Positions 24,779-37,404 of a stretch of DNA of 64,000 bases are shown here, one piece after another. The notes under the pieces were generated by a model. The model was not told the DNA's origin, ran no database searches, and saw only the letters and a program-made list of their open reading frames with translations. The first letter of the stretch is position 1; each line of letters starts with the position of its first letter. The stretch is taken from contig NC_083449.1 of assembly GCF_020745735.1 (NCBI RefSeq), positions 5,368,923-5,432,922 of the forward strand, read 5' to 3'. The stretch comes from Hemiscyllium ocellatum (Eukaryota). Made by a program: the position numbers and the translations under genes.

Positions 24779-26015
24779 CTGGATTCAGACAAAGATTTCT
24801 TGTCAATAACATCATTCCTTCAGCAAACAAACATCAACCCCAGTGTTTTCTGTTCCCTGTTGCCCTGACTCTCTGCCAACACTGGTCCATTTGGATGGAA
24901 ACCCTTGTGTCTGTGAATGTCATTCCAAACCCTCACCATTGCAATGACATCACTGTTTCTGTGCAGCCTGTCTCAATAACAACATCCCACCAATCCAACC
25001 CAGACTATTCAATGCTAAACTCAAAAGATCACTCTGCATCCACTTTCTCTAAATTGTTGACTGGAAATTATTGTCCCTCATTTTCACTGCCGAGATATAG
25101 TGAGGCAAAACTTCCCTGTGTCGTTCACCTGTCAGCGGCAACTAGGCCATTCACAGAGAAACATTGAAAATATCATTGGGAGGCCATTCAGCCCCTCCAG
25201 CCGGCTTCGCCCATTCAATGGGATCATGGCTGATTACCCAACTTCGTCCTGTGCCTCCCCGCGCTCTCCCTTTCGCTCCAAAAACTCTATCCAACTCCTT
25301 CCTGAACAACATTCAGTGTTCTGGCCCTGACTGCTTTCTGTGGCACAGAATACCATAGGCTCCCCACTCTCTGGGTAAAGATATTTCTCCCCATCTCAGT
25401 CTTGTCGCGTCTCCTTTAGACAGTGACCCCCTGGTTCTGGCCTCTCTCCCTGGCACTGGGAACACCCTCCCTGTGTTTACTCTGTCTTGCCCTTGTTCAA
25501 ATTTAATAGATTTCTATGAGATTCACCCTTAATTCTTCTCAACTTCAGTGAATATCATCCTAACCGATCCAGTCTGTCTCCACCCGTCAATCCTGCTATC
25601 CCAGGGATCGCTCTGGGAAACTTTTGCTGCACTCCCTCCATAGGCACAATGTCTTTCCTCGGATAAGGAAACGCCAAACTGCACACAGGTCTCCAGGGTG
25701 TGGTCTCACCCTGTCCAATTGTGGCAAGCCATCCCTGCTCCAGGACTTGAAACGTCTCACTGTGAAGGTCTCCCTTATCTGAGCAAGGATGTTACACTCT
25801 CTCCTCTCTTCCCCCACACAGCTGCTGCCCGACCTGCTGAGTTTTTCCAGCACTTTCTGTGTTTAGAACTGCAACATTAACTCGGTCTCTGTCTCTCTCC
25901 ACAGATGCTGCCAGACCTGCTGAGTGTCTGAGGCAATTTTTAGGGTGTTCATGTCAAGTCTTCAGCTGCACTCAAATGAAGAATGAGCATGGATCATCGA
26001 TGAAGAGTGGATTAC

Positions 26016-26316
26016 CTAGCACCGTGAGGTCAATGGAATTACTGGTCACATTAAATATCATTTCACTGGGACCCCTGTTGGTCACGAGACACTGGTACCG
26101 GCCTTTGTACTGGGACTGAAAGGATTCAATGGCATTCTGTCCTGTCTGAGCTAGAGTTGTAATTCCCACTGGCATTGTTTAAGGCTTTCTGTTGAAAGTA
26201 CCATTGAAAGTAGGGTCCAGTACCTCGGCTCAATACACACTCTGGAACGAGACAACTCCCAATCAGAAACACTGTTTTATTGGCTCTGGGGGTGAGGAAA
26301 ATCCTAGCAACAGGAA
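26016..26316 (-). pseudogene. Membrane-proximal Ig-domain exon with a frameshift
   Basis: ttgttttgttccag acceptor, G|GTAATC donor; PVARIFLTP...ECVLSRGTGPYFQWYF.../AIESFQSQYKGRYQCLVTN...IDLTVL; 301 nt, 2 nt short of an in-frame length. Confidence 0.85.
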
Positions 26317-26552
26317 CTGGAACAAAACAAGACAAAGAGGAAATGAAAGATCGGACGCTGAAATTGTCTCTTTTGTCACAATGTTACCTTCAATCACAGG
26401 ATAATAATTGATGGAAAGGAGAAATAAAACAAGTGAGATTTCACATCATCGCAAAGTCTCCTTATGTTGTAAAATCTACACTTTGAAAGATTTGTGCTGT
26501 GTTAACTATGGATGGCCAAATGGTACATAATCCAACATCTCGATGTTCAATG

Positions 26553-26746
26553 GTGTTACCATCACTGTCCCTACCCCACTGCACTATCAACATCCTAGGG
26601 GTTACTGTCACTGTCCCCACTCTCTTCCCATGATCAGCATCCTCAGGGTTACTATCACTGTCCCCACCTCCGCTCCACTATCAACATCCTGAAGGTTACC
26701 ATCACTGCCCCCACCCTCTTCCCACTCTCAACATCCTGAGGGTTAC
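26553..26746 (+). repeat. Minisatellite, 4 units of ~47 bp (left half of an array split by an LTR)
   Basis: gttacYRtcactgtcccca...cactatcaacatcct...gg repeated. Confidence 0.85.
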
Positions 26747-28488
26747 TGTTGGGAAAGTTGACATGGTTTGCTTGGAAGCCATTTTCCTAATCCGGCTGAG
26801 AAACCATTTTGTGTCTCCAGAACTTTGCTGGCTGTGCATTCCTTACTCTTAGGAAGGTAAGGCCTATCTTTCATGTTACCCAAGGTGTCAAGTTAGTGTT
26901 TTTACCACTTTGATGAATGATCAGGGCAGGCTGTAGAATGAGTCAAGTGGACATAGACTTGTCAATTAGTTCCATTTCCTTTCCGAGTTATTGCCACTTC
27001 ACGGTCATTCAGCTAATTAGGGACATCTCTGCTTAGTATGAGCAATCGGTGTAAATACTTGTGGAATGCATAATAGACAATAGGTGCAGGAGTAGGCCAT
27101 TCTGCCCTTCGAGCCTGCACCACCATTCAATATGATCATGGCTGATCATCCTTAATCAGTATCCTGTTCCTACCCTTGATTCCACTATCCTTGAGAGCTC
27201 TATCCAATTCTTTCTTAAATGAATCCCGAAACTGGGCCTCCACTGCCCTCTGGGGCAGAGCATTCCACACAGCCACCACTCTCTGGGTGAAGAAGTTTCT
27301 CCTCATCTCTGTCCTAAATGGTCTACCCCGTATTTTTAAGCTGTGTCCTCTGGTTCGGCACTCACCCATCAGTGGAAAATGTTTCCTGCCTCCAGAGTGT
27401 CCAATCCTTTAATAATCTTATATGTCTCAATCATATCCCCTCTCAGTCTTCTAAACTCAAGGGTATACAAGCCCAGTCGCTCCAGTCTTTCAGTGTAAGG
27501 TAGTCCCGCCATTCCAGAAATTGACCTCGTGAACCTACGCTGCACTCCCTCAATAGCCAGGATGTCTTTCCTCACATTTGGAGACCAGAACTGCACACAA
27601 TACTTACAGGTGTGGTCTCACCAGGGCCCTGTACAGCTGCAGAAGAACCTCTTTGCTTCTATACTCAATCCCTCTTGTTATGAAGGCTGGATGCTATTAG
27701 CCTTCTTCACTACCTGCTGTACCTGCATGCCTACCTTCATTGACTGGTGTACAAGAACACCCAGATCTCTTTGTATTGCCCCTTTACCTAAATTTATTCC
27801 ATTTAGGTAGTAATCAGCCTTCCTGTTCTTGCCACCAAAGTGGATAACCATACATTTATCCACATTAAACTGCATCGGCCATGCATCTGACCACTCACCT
27901 AACCTGTCACCCTGTAATCTAACATCCTCCTCACATTTCACACTGCCACCCAGTTTAGTCTCAACAGCAAATTTACTAATGTTATTACTTATACCATCTT
28001 CCATATCATTAATATATATTGTAAAAATCTGCAGTCCCAGCACTGATCCCTGCAGTACCCCACTGGTCACTGCCTGCCATTCTGAAATGGAGCAGTTTAT
28101 CACTATCTTTGTTTCCTGTCAGCCAACCAACTTTCAATCCAAGTTAGTACTTTGCCCCCAATACCATGCGCCCTAATTTTGCTCACCAACTTCCTATTTG
28201 GGACTTTATCAAAAGCTTTCTGAAAGTCCAGGTACACTACATCTACTGAATCTCCCTCTTCCACCTACAGAGTTTGAGTGCTTAGTTTTGACCCTAATGA
28301 CTAACCTGTAATTTAGTACTGTTAATCAATGCTCAGCCCCTATCTGCTTTTTCTATATAATCCTGTAGTATCCTGATGTATATCTGAATAGCACTGAGCC
28401 ACAGTTAGGATGGTGAAATCCCCATGATATATCCTGTAATAAACTAATCAGTTCTCAAAGTCTGAGTCTTCAACAGTTTTCTTCAACA
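26747..28488 (+). mobile_element. Solo LTR (~540 bp) with 5-bp TSD, interrupted by a CR1
   Basis: Ends TGTTG...CAACA; TSD GTTAC at 26742-26746 and 28489-28493; TATATAA ~28354 and AATAAA ~28438. Confidence 0.7.
27070..28271 (-). mobile_element. 5'-truncated CR1 (RT plus 3'UTR)
   Basis: VTSGVLQGSVLG, ISKFA, FNVDKCMVIHFG, QRDLGVLV, QFWSP, VQRRFTR motifs. Confidence 0.9.
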
Positions 28489-28705
28489 GTTACCATCACT
28501 GTCCCCATCCCCACTATCAACATCTTGGGGGTTACTGTCACTGTCCCCATGCCCACTATCAATATCCTGGGGGTCACTGTCCCCATCCCCACTATCAACA
28601 TCCTGGGGGTTACTGTCACTGTCCACCCCTACCCTACTGTCAACATCCTGGGGGTTACCATCAGTGTTCCCAATCCCATCATACAATGAACATCTTTGGT
28701 GTTAG
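28489..28705 (+). repeat. Minisatellite, ~5 units of 36-47 bp (right half of the array)
   Basis: gttactgtcactgtccccatccccactatcaacatcctgggg repeated. Confidence 0.85.
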
Positions 28706-29698
28706 CATCAGCCTCCCCTAGCTTGTATTGTCTAAAGTTTCTACCCTTCTCTGGTGGATTGCTTAACAAGGAATTGTAGGTCAGAGGTCTACAGCACAGA
28801 AACAGGATCTTCAGCCGACTGAATCCATGCCAATCAAAAGCAACCAACTTTATTCTTGAATATAAATTTTCCTTGTCATAGGGTCATACAGTACGGAAAT
28901 AGACCCATCGGCCCAACGCGTCCACGCTGACCAGGTCTCACAAACGAAACTAGCCCCATTTGTTTGCATTTAGCCCACATCCGTCCAAACCTTTCCGATC
29001 CATGTAACTTTCCAAATCTCTTTTCGATGTTGGTATTGTACCCACTCCCATCACTTCCTCTGGCAGCTCATTCCAAATATTCACCTCCATCTGTGTGAAA
29101 ATGTTACCCCTCTGGTCGCTTTTAAATCTTTCCCCTCTCACCTTAAATCAATGCCGTCTAGTTTTGGACTCCCCCACCCTACGGAAAAGACCTTGGCTAT
29201 TCACCTCAACCAAGCCCTTATTTCTGCAGGAAAATACAAGTGAAACGTCAAGGATTACTTAATCTGACTCTATCCTAGCACGTGCACATCTAAATCTTTC
29301 TTCAATGTGATGAGGATTTCTGCCTCCTTCACCCTTACAGGCAGTGAGTTCCAGATTCCCCAGCACCCTCTGGGTGAAAATGTTTTCCCTCACATCCCCC
29401 TCGAAACTCCCGCCTCTTACCTTCAATCTATGCCCCTCCCCCAGTCATTGATCTCTCCATCAAGGGGGGAAAAGCTTCTTCCTGTCTACACCCATTATTT
29501 TATACATCTCAATCACGTCACCACACTCAATCTCCTCTGCTCTCAGGAAAACAACCACAGTCTGTCCAATCACTCTCCAACAGTGAAACTGTCCAGCCCC
29601 CAAGGCAACATCCTGATAAATCTGCCTCTGCACACTCCCCCAGTGCTATCACATTGCTCAGATAATGTGGATTTGTACAGAGTCACTTACAAACTTAC

Positions 29699-29972
29699 TG
29701 ATCACTGAAACTGCGAGGAATTTGCTGTCCAGGAGAGACTCTGCATGCTGGTTAGAAACAACACAGTGATAATTGTCCTCTTGATGTTTGCTGATGTTGA
29801 TGATTGTGTGTACGGCTCTGCTGTGGTTGGAATATTCCCAGTAAATCCCCTCACCATCCTCGTAGAAAATATATTGAATTGGGGTCAAGCCAAGCGATTT
29901 AAAAGGGTGCTGTCTCCCTCCACTACCGCGTTTCCAGGTGGGCACTCAGCTCTAGGACTGACACAGGAATGC
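29699..29972 (-). pseudogene. Ig-domain exon with two frameshifts
   Basis: aatcacag acceptor, A|GTAAGT donor; IPVSVLELSA / PPGNAVVEGDSTLLNR / PIQYIFYED...NYHCVVSN...LAVSVI; the IPVS start and PIxYxFY strand are typical of FCRL/PECAM Ig domains. Confidence 0.8.
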
Positions 29973-31236
29973 CTGTGATTAAACCAAACTGTCCGGCACT
30001 TTTCTAAGGCAGGAATTGTTGTTCTCAGCAACAAACAGTACTCTCACCATACAGTCAGAGAGAGTTACAGGGTCACAGAGAGTCAGAGGGTCATAAACCA
30101 CATCCAAGCACAGCATAGAACAGGTCTGTTGGCCCACGATGTTGTGCCGAGGTTTAATTCTAATGTAAAATATAGTAACTTAACCTACGCACCCCTCAAC
30201 TCACTGCTATCCATGTGCATGTCCAGCAGTCGCTTAAATGTTCCTAATGATTCTGCTTCCGCTACCACAGCTGGCAATGCATTCCATGCATTCAAATCTC
30301 TCTGCGTAAAGAACCTATGTCTGACGTCTCCTTTATACCTTCCCCCTATATCTTCAAACTATGACTCCTCATACCAGTCAATCCTGCCCTGGGTATATGT
30401 CTCTGGCTATTGACTCTATCCATTCCACTCATTATTTTGTGCACATCCGTCAGGTCTCCTCTTTTCCTCCTTCTCTCCAGAGAGAAAAGTCTGAGCTTAT
30501 TCAACTTTTCTTCACAATACAAGCGGTCCAGTCCAGGCAGCATCTTGGTAAATCTTCTTTGCACCCTCTCCAAAGCCTCTGTATCTTTCCAATAGTAGGG
30601 CGACCAGACGTGGACACAATATTCCAAGTATGGTCTCACCAAGGACTTGTAGAGCTGCAGCAAAACCTCGCGGCTCTTAAACTCGATCCCCCTGTTAATG
30701 AAAGCCAAAACACCAAATGCTTTCTTACAACCCTATCCACATGGGGGGCAACTTTGAGAGATCAATGTACTTGCACACCCAGATCAGACTGTTCTTCCAC
30801 ACTGCCAAGAATACAGTCTTTAATCCTATATTCAGCATTTGAGTTTGACCTTCCAAAATGCATCACTTTGCATTTATCCAAATGCATCTGCCATTTCTCA
30901 GCACAGCTCTGCATCCTGTCTATGTCGCGCTGCAGCCTGCAGTAGCCCTCTATACTATCAATGACACCTCCAACCTTTGTGTCATCTCCAAATTTACTAA
31001 CTCACCCCTCAACCTCCTCATCCAAATCATTTATAAAAACTACAAAGAGCGGAGGCCCGAGAACAGAACCCTGTGGTACCCCACTCAACACTGACCTCCA
31101 GGCAGAATACTTTCTATCTACAACCACTCTCTGCCTTCTGTCAGCTAGCCAATTCTGAATCCAGATAGCTAAATCTCCCTGCATCCCATACTTCCTGACT
31201 TTATGAATGAGTCTACCACAGGGAACCTTATCAAAT

Positions 31237-31577
31237 TGATAAGGTGTGACTTGATAGAGGTTTATAAGATGATCAGAGGAATAGATAGAGTAGACAGTCA
31301 GAAACTTTTTCCCCGGGTACAACAGAGTATTACAAGGGGACATAAATTTAAGGTGAAGGGTGGAAGGTATAGGGGAGATGTCAGGGGTGGGTTCTTTACC
31401 CAGAGAGTGGTAGGGGCATGGAATGCGCTGCCCGTGGCAGTGGTAGAGTCAGAATCATTGACGACCTTTAAGCAGCAATTGGATAGGTACATGGATGGGT
31501 GCTTAATCTAGGATAGATGTTCGGCACAACATCGTGTGCCGAAGGGCCTGTTCTGTGCTGTATTGTTCTATGTTCTA
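31237..31577 (+). mobile_element. Short CR1 3' end inserted in opposite orientation into the large CR1
   Basis: [11 protein letters not shown]...WNALP; tail tgttctatgttct; host accttatcaaat/gccttgctg resumes after it. Confidence 0.85.
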
Positions 31578-33938
31578 AAATGCCTTGCTGAAGTCCACAT
31601 ACACCACATCGACTGCTCGACCATCATCGACCTGTCTTGACACCTCCTCAAAGAACTCAATAAGATTTGTGAGGCATGAGCCTGCCCCTCACAAAGCCAT
31701 GCTGACTGCCTTTAATCACACTATGCCTTGTCAAATAGTCATAAACGCTATGTCTCAGAATCCTTTCCAAAGCTTTGCTGACCACAGACGTAAGACTGAC
31801 TGATCTGTAATTGCCAGCGATTTCCCTATTACCCTTCTTGAAAAGAGGTACAGCATTCGCCTCCTTCCAATCCTCCGGTACCACTCCTGTGGAGAGGGAG
31901 GAGGCAAATATCCTTGCCAGCTGCTTAGCAACCTTTCTTTCTCGCTTCCCGGAGCAGCCTGCAATAAATCTGGTCTGGCCTGGGGGACTTATCAATCTTA
32001 ATGTTTTCCAAAATTTCCAGCACATCAACTTCATCAATCTTGATCTGGTCAAGATCCCATCTCCTCTAAGTTTTCATTTACAACAAGTTCCCTTTCCTTG
32101 GTGAAAACCAAAGGCAAAAAACTCATTTGCAGCTTCCCCGATCTGCTCAGATTCCATGCACAAGTTCCCTACGCTATCCCTGATCGTTCTCTTATTCCTC
32201 AAGTATGAGTGAAATGCCTTTCAGTTATCCCTAATCCTTCTTGCCAAGACTTTTTGTGCCCCCTCCTGGCTCTCCTCAGTCCTTTCTGAGCTCCTTTCTA
32301 GCAAGCCTGTAATCATCTAAAGCTGTGCTAAATTCTTGCTTCCTCCACCTTACATAAACTGCCTTCTTCCTTTTGATGAGAAGTTCCTCTGTTCTCATCA
32401 TCCAAGGTTCCTTAATCTTACCCCTTCTTACCTGTCACAGAGGAACAAATATGTGCATCACTCACAACAACTGCTCCTTAAATCGTCTCCATATGTCTGC
32501 TGTGCCCTTTGTGTGGAACAATTGCTCCCAGTCTGTACTGCCCAAATCCTGTCTGATAGTGTCATAATTTCTTTTTCCCAATAAAATATCTTCCCTCGGT
32601 AACTGCTCCTTTTCCACTCCAAGGCTTTGCCAAACATGAGGCAGTTATCACTTTCACCAAAGTGCTCTCCCACCCCGAGAGGTGATACCTGCCCTGGCTC
32701 ATTGCCGAGCACCAAATCCAAAATGGCCTCTCCCCTTGTCATGCTGTCTACATACTGAGTTAGGAAACCCTCCTGAATATACCTGACAAAAATGGCTCCA
32801 TCCAAACCATCTGCACTTAGTAGGTTCCAGTCGATATTGGGAAAGTTGAAATCATCCATAACAACAACCCTGCTACCTCTGCATTTTTCCAGAGACTGTC
32901 GGACTATGAGATCTTCAATCTCTCTACTGCTATTAGGTGGTCTGTAGAAAACCCATAATGCGATGGCTGTGCTCCTGCTGTTCCAAACTTCCACCCATAC
33001 TGACTCAGTAGACAAACCTTCCTTTTCATCCTTCACTTCAGTAGCTGTGATGCACTCTCTGATTAGCAATGCTTCACCCCTCCTCTTTATCCACCCTCCC
33101 TTTTCTTTTAAACGTTCTAAACCCTGGAATACCAAGCAACCATTCCTGCCCCTATGGAACCCACGTCTCCATTATGACCACAATATCATAGCCCCAAGTA
33201 CTGATCCATGCTCTAAGTTCGTCACTCTTATTTCAGACACTCCTTGCATTAAAGCAGACACACTTTAACTGATCCCTTTGTTTCAAGGTGTAAAAAACCT
33301 TCCGGATAGATTCAATACATCCTGTCACTGCCCTGTCTGCAACTGACCTCCTCTCAGACATGTGGCTCTGATTCCCACCTGCCTGCCAAACTAGTTTAAA
33401 CCCTCCCGAATCACACAAGCAAATCTCACAGCCAGGACATTTGTACCCCTCCAGTTCAGGTGCAACCTGTCCTTCATGTACAGGTCCTACCTTCCCCAGA
33501 AGGTACCCCAATGGTCTAGGTATCTGAAGCCCTCCCTTCTGCACCAGCCTCATAGCCACGTGTTAAGCTGCATTCGCTGACAGTTCCTCATTTCTCTATC
33601 TCATGGCATCGGTAGCAAACCTAAGCTCACTACTCTACTTGTCCTGCTCTTCAGCTTCCAATCTAACCTTTCAGATCCTCAATCCCTTTCCTGGCTATAT
33701 CATTGGTGCCAACATGTACCACGATTTCTGGTTGCTCACCCTCCTTCAGAAACCCGATCGGGGACAGCCTAGACCCTGGCACCAAGGAGGCAACATACCT
33801 TCCGGGAGTCCTGTTCCTGACCACAAAATCTCCTGTCAATCCATCTAACTATTGAGTCCCGTACCACTCGTACTTTTCTATTTTCCCCCCTGCCCTTCTG
33901 AGCCACAGTGCCAGAGACCTGGCAAGTATGATTTTCTA

Positions 33939-34828
33939 GGAGAAAGTGAGGACTGCAGATGCTGGAGATCAGAGCTGAAAATGTGTTGATGGAAAGGCGC
34001 AGCAGGTCAGGCAGCATCCAAGGAGCAGGAGAATCGACGTTTTGGGCATGAGTCCCTCTTCAGGAATGAGGAGAGCGTGCCAAGCAGGCTAAGATAAAAG
34101 GTAGGAAGGAGCGACTTGGGGGAGGAGCGTTGGGAATGCGATAGGTGGAAGGAGGTTAAGGTGAGGGTGATAGGCTGGAGTGGGGGTGGGGGCGGAAAGG
34201 TCAAGAAGAAGATTGCAGGTTAGGAAGGTGGTGCTGAGTTCGAGGGTTGGGACTGAGACAAGGTGGGGGGAGGGGAAATGAGGAAACTGGAGAAATCTGA
34301 GTTCATCCCTTGTGGTTGGAGGGCTCCTAGGCGGAAGAAGAGGCGCTCTTCTTCCAGCCGTCATGTCACTATGGTCTGGCGATGGAGGAGTCCAAGGACC
34401 TGCATGTCCTTGGTAGAGTGGGAGGGAGAGTTGAAGTGTTGAGCCATGGGGTGGTCCACCTCATCTTCCGCCTAGGAACCATCCAACCACAAGGGATGAA
34501 CTCAGATTTCTCCAGTTTCCTCACTTCCCCTCCCCCCACCTTGTCTCAGTCCCAACCCTCGAACTCAGCACCACCTTCCTAACCTGCAATCTTCTTCCTG
34601 ACCTCTCCGCCCCACCCCCACTCCAGCCTATCTCCCTCACCTTAACCTCCTCCCACCTATCACATCCCCAACACCCCTCCCCCAAGTCCCTCCTCCCTCC
34701 CTTTTATCTTAGCCTGCTTGGCACACTCTCCTCATTCCTGAAGAAGGATTCATGTCCGAAACGTTGATTCTCCTGCTCCTTGGATGCTACCTGACCTGCT
34801 GTGCCTTTCCATCAACACATTTTCAGCT
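33939..34828. mobile_element. Penelope family A fold-back insertion (~370-bp arms), ~14-bp degenerate TSD
   Basis: Minus copy 33939-34455 with tail, plus copy 34456-34828 without tail; flanks caagtatgattttc / caagtaaggttttc. Confidence 0.85.
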
Positions 34829-35277
34829 CAAGTAAGGTTTTCCCCGGGTAGGCTATCCCCACCAGCAGTATCCAAAATGGTATACTTATTGCTGAGGGGA
34901 ACGGCCACAGGGGACCCCTGCTCTGACCGTCGATTCCCTTTTCTCCCACTGACAGTAACCCAGCTGTCCTTATACTGTGTTTGGGGAGTGACCACCTCCT
35001 TGTACACCCTCTTAATTTCCCCCTCAGCCTCCCAGATGATCCGTAGTTCATCCAGCTCCAGCTCCCTAACTCGGTTTTAGAGGAGCTGGAGCTGGGCGCA
35101 CCTCCCACTTAAAACCTTCCCAGAAGTCCTTCGCTCCTCCCTCGTACCTCTCAGCAAAATCATAGAGAGGCAGGGAGAAACAGAGAAACATAGATATACA
35201 GAGGGACACAGTGATTGAGAGTCAGAGAGAAACACAGAGTCATCGAGATTAATCAACATAGTCAAAGAGTTAAAGCT

Positions 35278-37404
35278 CCAAACCCAACCTCACCATCCAA
35301 CCCTCCACTCCCTCCGCTCCAACCCCAACCTCACCATCAAACCGGCAGACAAGGGAGGCACGGTGGTAGTTTGCCGCACTGATCTTTATATTGCTGAGGC
35401 TAAACGCCAGCTCGCGGACACCTCCTCCTACTGCCCCCTTACCATGACCCCACCTCCCACCACCAAACCATCATCTCCCAGACCTAGACCATCCAAAACC
35501 TCATCACCTCAGGGGTTCTCCCATCCACCACCTCCAACCTCATAATCCCACAACCCCGCAGCGCCCGAGTCTAGCTCCTGCCCAAAATCCACAAACCTGA
35601 CTGCCCCGGCCGACCCATTGTCTCAGCCTGCTCCTGCCCCACCTACCTCATTTCTGCATACCTTAATACGGTTCTGTCCCCCTTAGACCAAGAACTCTCC
35701 ACCTATGTTCGGGACACCACCCACGCCCTCCACCTCTTCCACGATTTACGCTTCCCCGGCCCCCAACGCCTTATCTTCACGATGGACATCCAGTCCCTAT
35801 ACACCTCCATTTCCCCATCACGAAGGCCTCAAAGCGCTCTGCTTCTTCTTTTCCCAACCAGTACCCTTCCACTGACACCGTCCTTCGACTGACTGAACTG
35901 GTCCTCACTGTGAACAACTTCTCTTTCCAATCCTCCCACTTCCTCCAAACCAAAGGAGTTGCCATGAGCACCTGCATGGGCCCCAGTTATGCCTGCCTCT
36001 TCGCTGGATTTGTGGAACAGTCCAGCTTCCGCAGCTACACTGGCACCACCCCCCACCTTTTCCTCCGCTACATCGATGACTGTATCGATGCAACCTTGTG
36101 CTCCCACGAGGAGGTTGAACAGTTCATCCACCTTCCACCCAACCTCAAATTTACCTGGACCGTCTCAGACTCTTCCCTCCCCTTCCTAGACCTTTCCATT
36201 TCTATCTTGGACAACCGACTGACTCCCACAAATATCTACATTACACCTCCTCATACCCTGCCCTCTGTAAAAACGCCATCCCATATTCCCAATTCCTTCG
36301 CTTTCGCCGCATCTGGTCCCAGGAGGACCAAATCCAGTACCAAACAACCCAGATGGCCTCCTTCTTCAAAGACCGCAATTTCTCCTCAGACGTGGTTGAT
36401 GATGCTCTCCACCGCATCTCCTCCACTTCCTGCTCCTCTGCCCTTGAACCCCGCCCCACCACGACAGAACCCCACTGGTCCTCACCTACCACCCTGCCAA
36501 ACTCCAGATACATCGTATCATCCGTCATTTCCGCCACCTCCAAACAGACCCCACCACCAAGGACATATTTCCCTCCCCACCCCATCAGCGTTCCAGAAAG
36601 ACCACTCCCTCCGCGACTCCCTCGTCAGACCCACACCCCCCACTAACCCAACTTCCACTCCCGGCACCTTCCCCTGCAACCGCAAGAAATGCAAAACTTG
36701 TGCGCACACCTCCCCCCTCACTTCCCTCCAAGGCCCCAATGGATCCTTCCATATCCATCAGAAATTCACCTGCACCTCCACACACATCATTTACTGCATC
36801 CACTGCACCCGATGTGGCCTCCTATACATTGGGGAGACAGGCCACCTACTTGCGGAACGTTTCAGAGAAAACCTCTGGGACACCCACACCAACCAACCCA
36901 ACCGCCCCGTGGCTGGACACTTTAACTTCCCCTCCCACTCCGCCAAGGACATGCAGATCCTTGGCCTCCTCCATCGCCAGGCCATGGCAACACGACGCCT
37001 GGAGGAAGAACGTCTCGTCTTCCACCTCGGAACCCTCCAACCACAAGGGATGAATGCAGATTTCTCCAGCTTTCTCATTTCCCCTCCCCCCACCTATTCT
37101 CAGAATTAGCACTGCATTCTTGACCTGTAATCTTCTTCCTGACCTCTCTGTCCCCACCCCCACTCCAGCCTATCACCCTCACCTTAACCTCCTTCCATCT
37201 ATCGTATTCCCAACGCCACTCCCCGAAGTCCCACCTCCCTACCTTTTATCTCCGCCTGCTTGGCACACCCTCCTCATTCCTGAAGAAGGGCTTATGCCCG
37301 AGACGTCGATTCTCCTGTTTCTTGGATGCTACCTCACCTGCTGCGCTTTTCCAGCAGCACATTTTGAAGCTCTGATCTCCAGCATCTGCAGACCTCATTT
37401 TCTC
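35278..37404 (+). mobile_element. 5'-truncated Penelope-like element (RT + Cys-rich linker + GIY-YIG; Neptune-like), frameshifted, 15-bp TSD
   Basis: IKPADKGG, PKIHK..PGRPIVS, QTKGVAM, FLRYIDD, CNRKKCKTC, IYCIHCTRCGLLYIGET; TSD caaagagttaaagct 35263-35277 / 37405-37419. Confidence 0.92.

Larger units (their letters stand above)
15689..29972 (-). pseudogene. Ig-superfamily type I receptor pseudogene (Fc-receptor-like/PECAM-like) with ITIM tail; 5' part not found
   Basis: Candidate exons: Ig 29699-29972, Ig 26016-26316, TM 24677-24778, short exon from 22061, 20906-20941, 18336-18389, 17438-17446, terminal 15689-15820; frameshifts in both Ig exons. Confidence 0.75.
30110..35108 (-). mobile_element. 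Near full-length degraded CR1: ORF1 (SGNH-esterase type), APE endonuclease, RT, 3'UTR; two nested insertions
   Basis: ORF1 pieces at 34829-35108 and VVRDSIVRWIDRRFCG..DSRKVCCLLGARV; LKCVCFNARSV; FYRPPN...DFNFPNIDW...ILDLVL; [10 protein letters not shown]. Confidence 0.9.

Noticed and set aside
24649-25167. 172-aa plus-strand ORF
   Set aside because: No recognisable domain; lies antisense to the TM exon and its intron
26553-28705. Repeat array as a possible CRISPR; D/S-rich repetitive ORF 28483-28686
   Set aside because: Vertebrate DNA, units are contiguous without unique spacers, no cas genes; the ORF is just the translated minisatellite
35910-37109. 399-aa ORF as an intact protein
   Set aside because: Passes through RT in frame, then out-of-frame sequence, then GIY-YIG; it is a frameshifted, 5'-truncated Penelope
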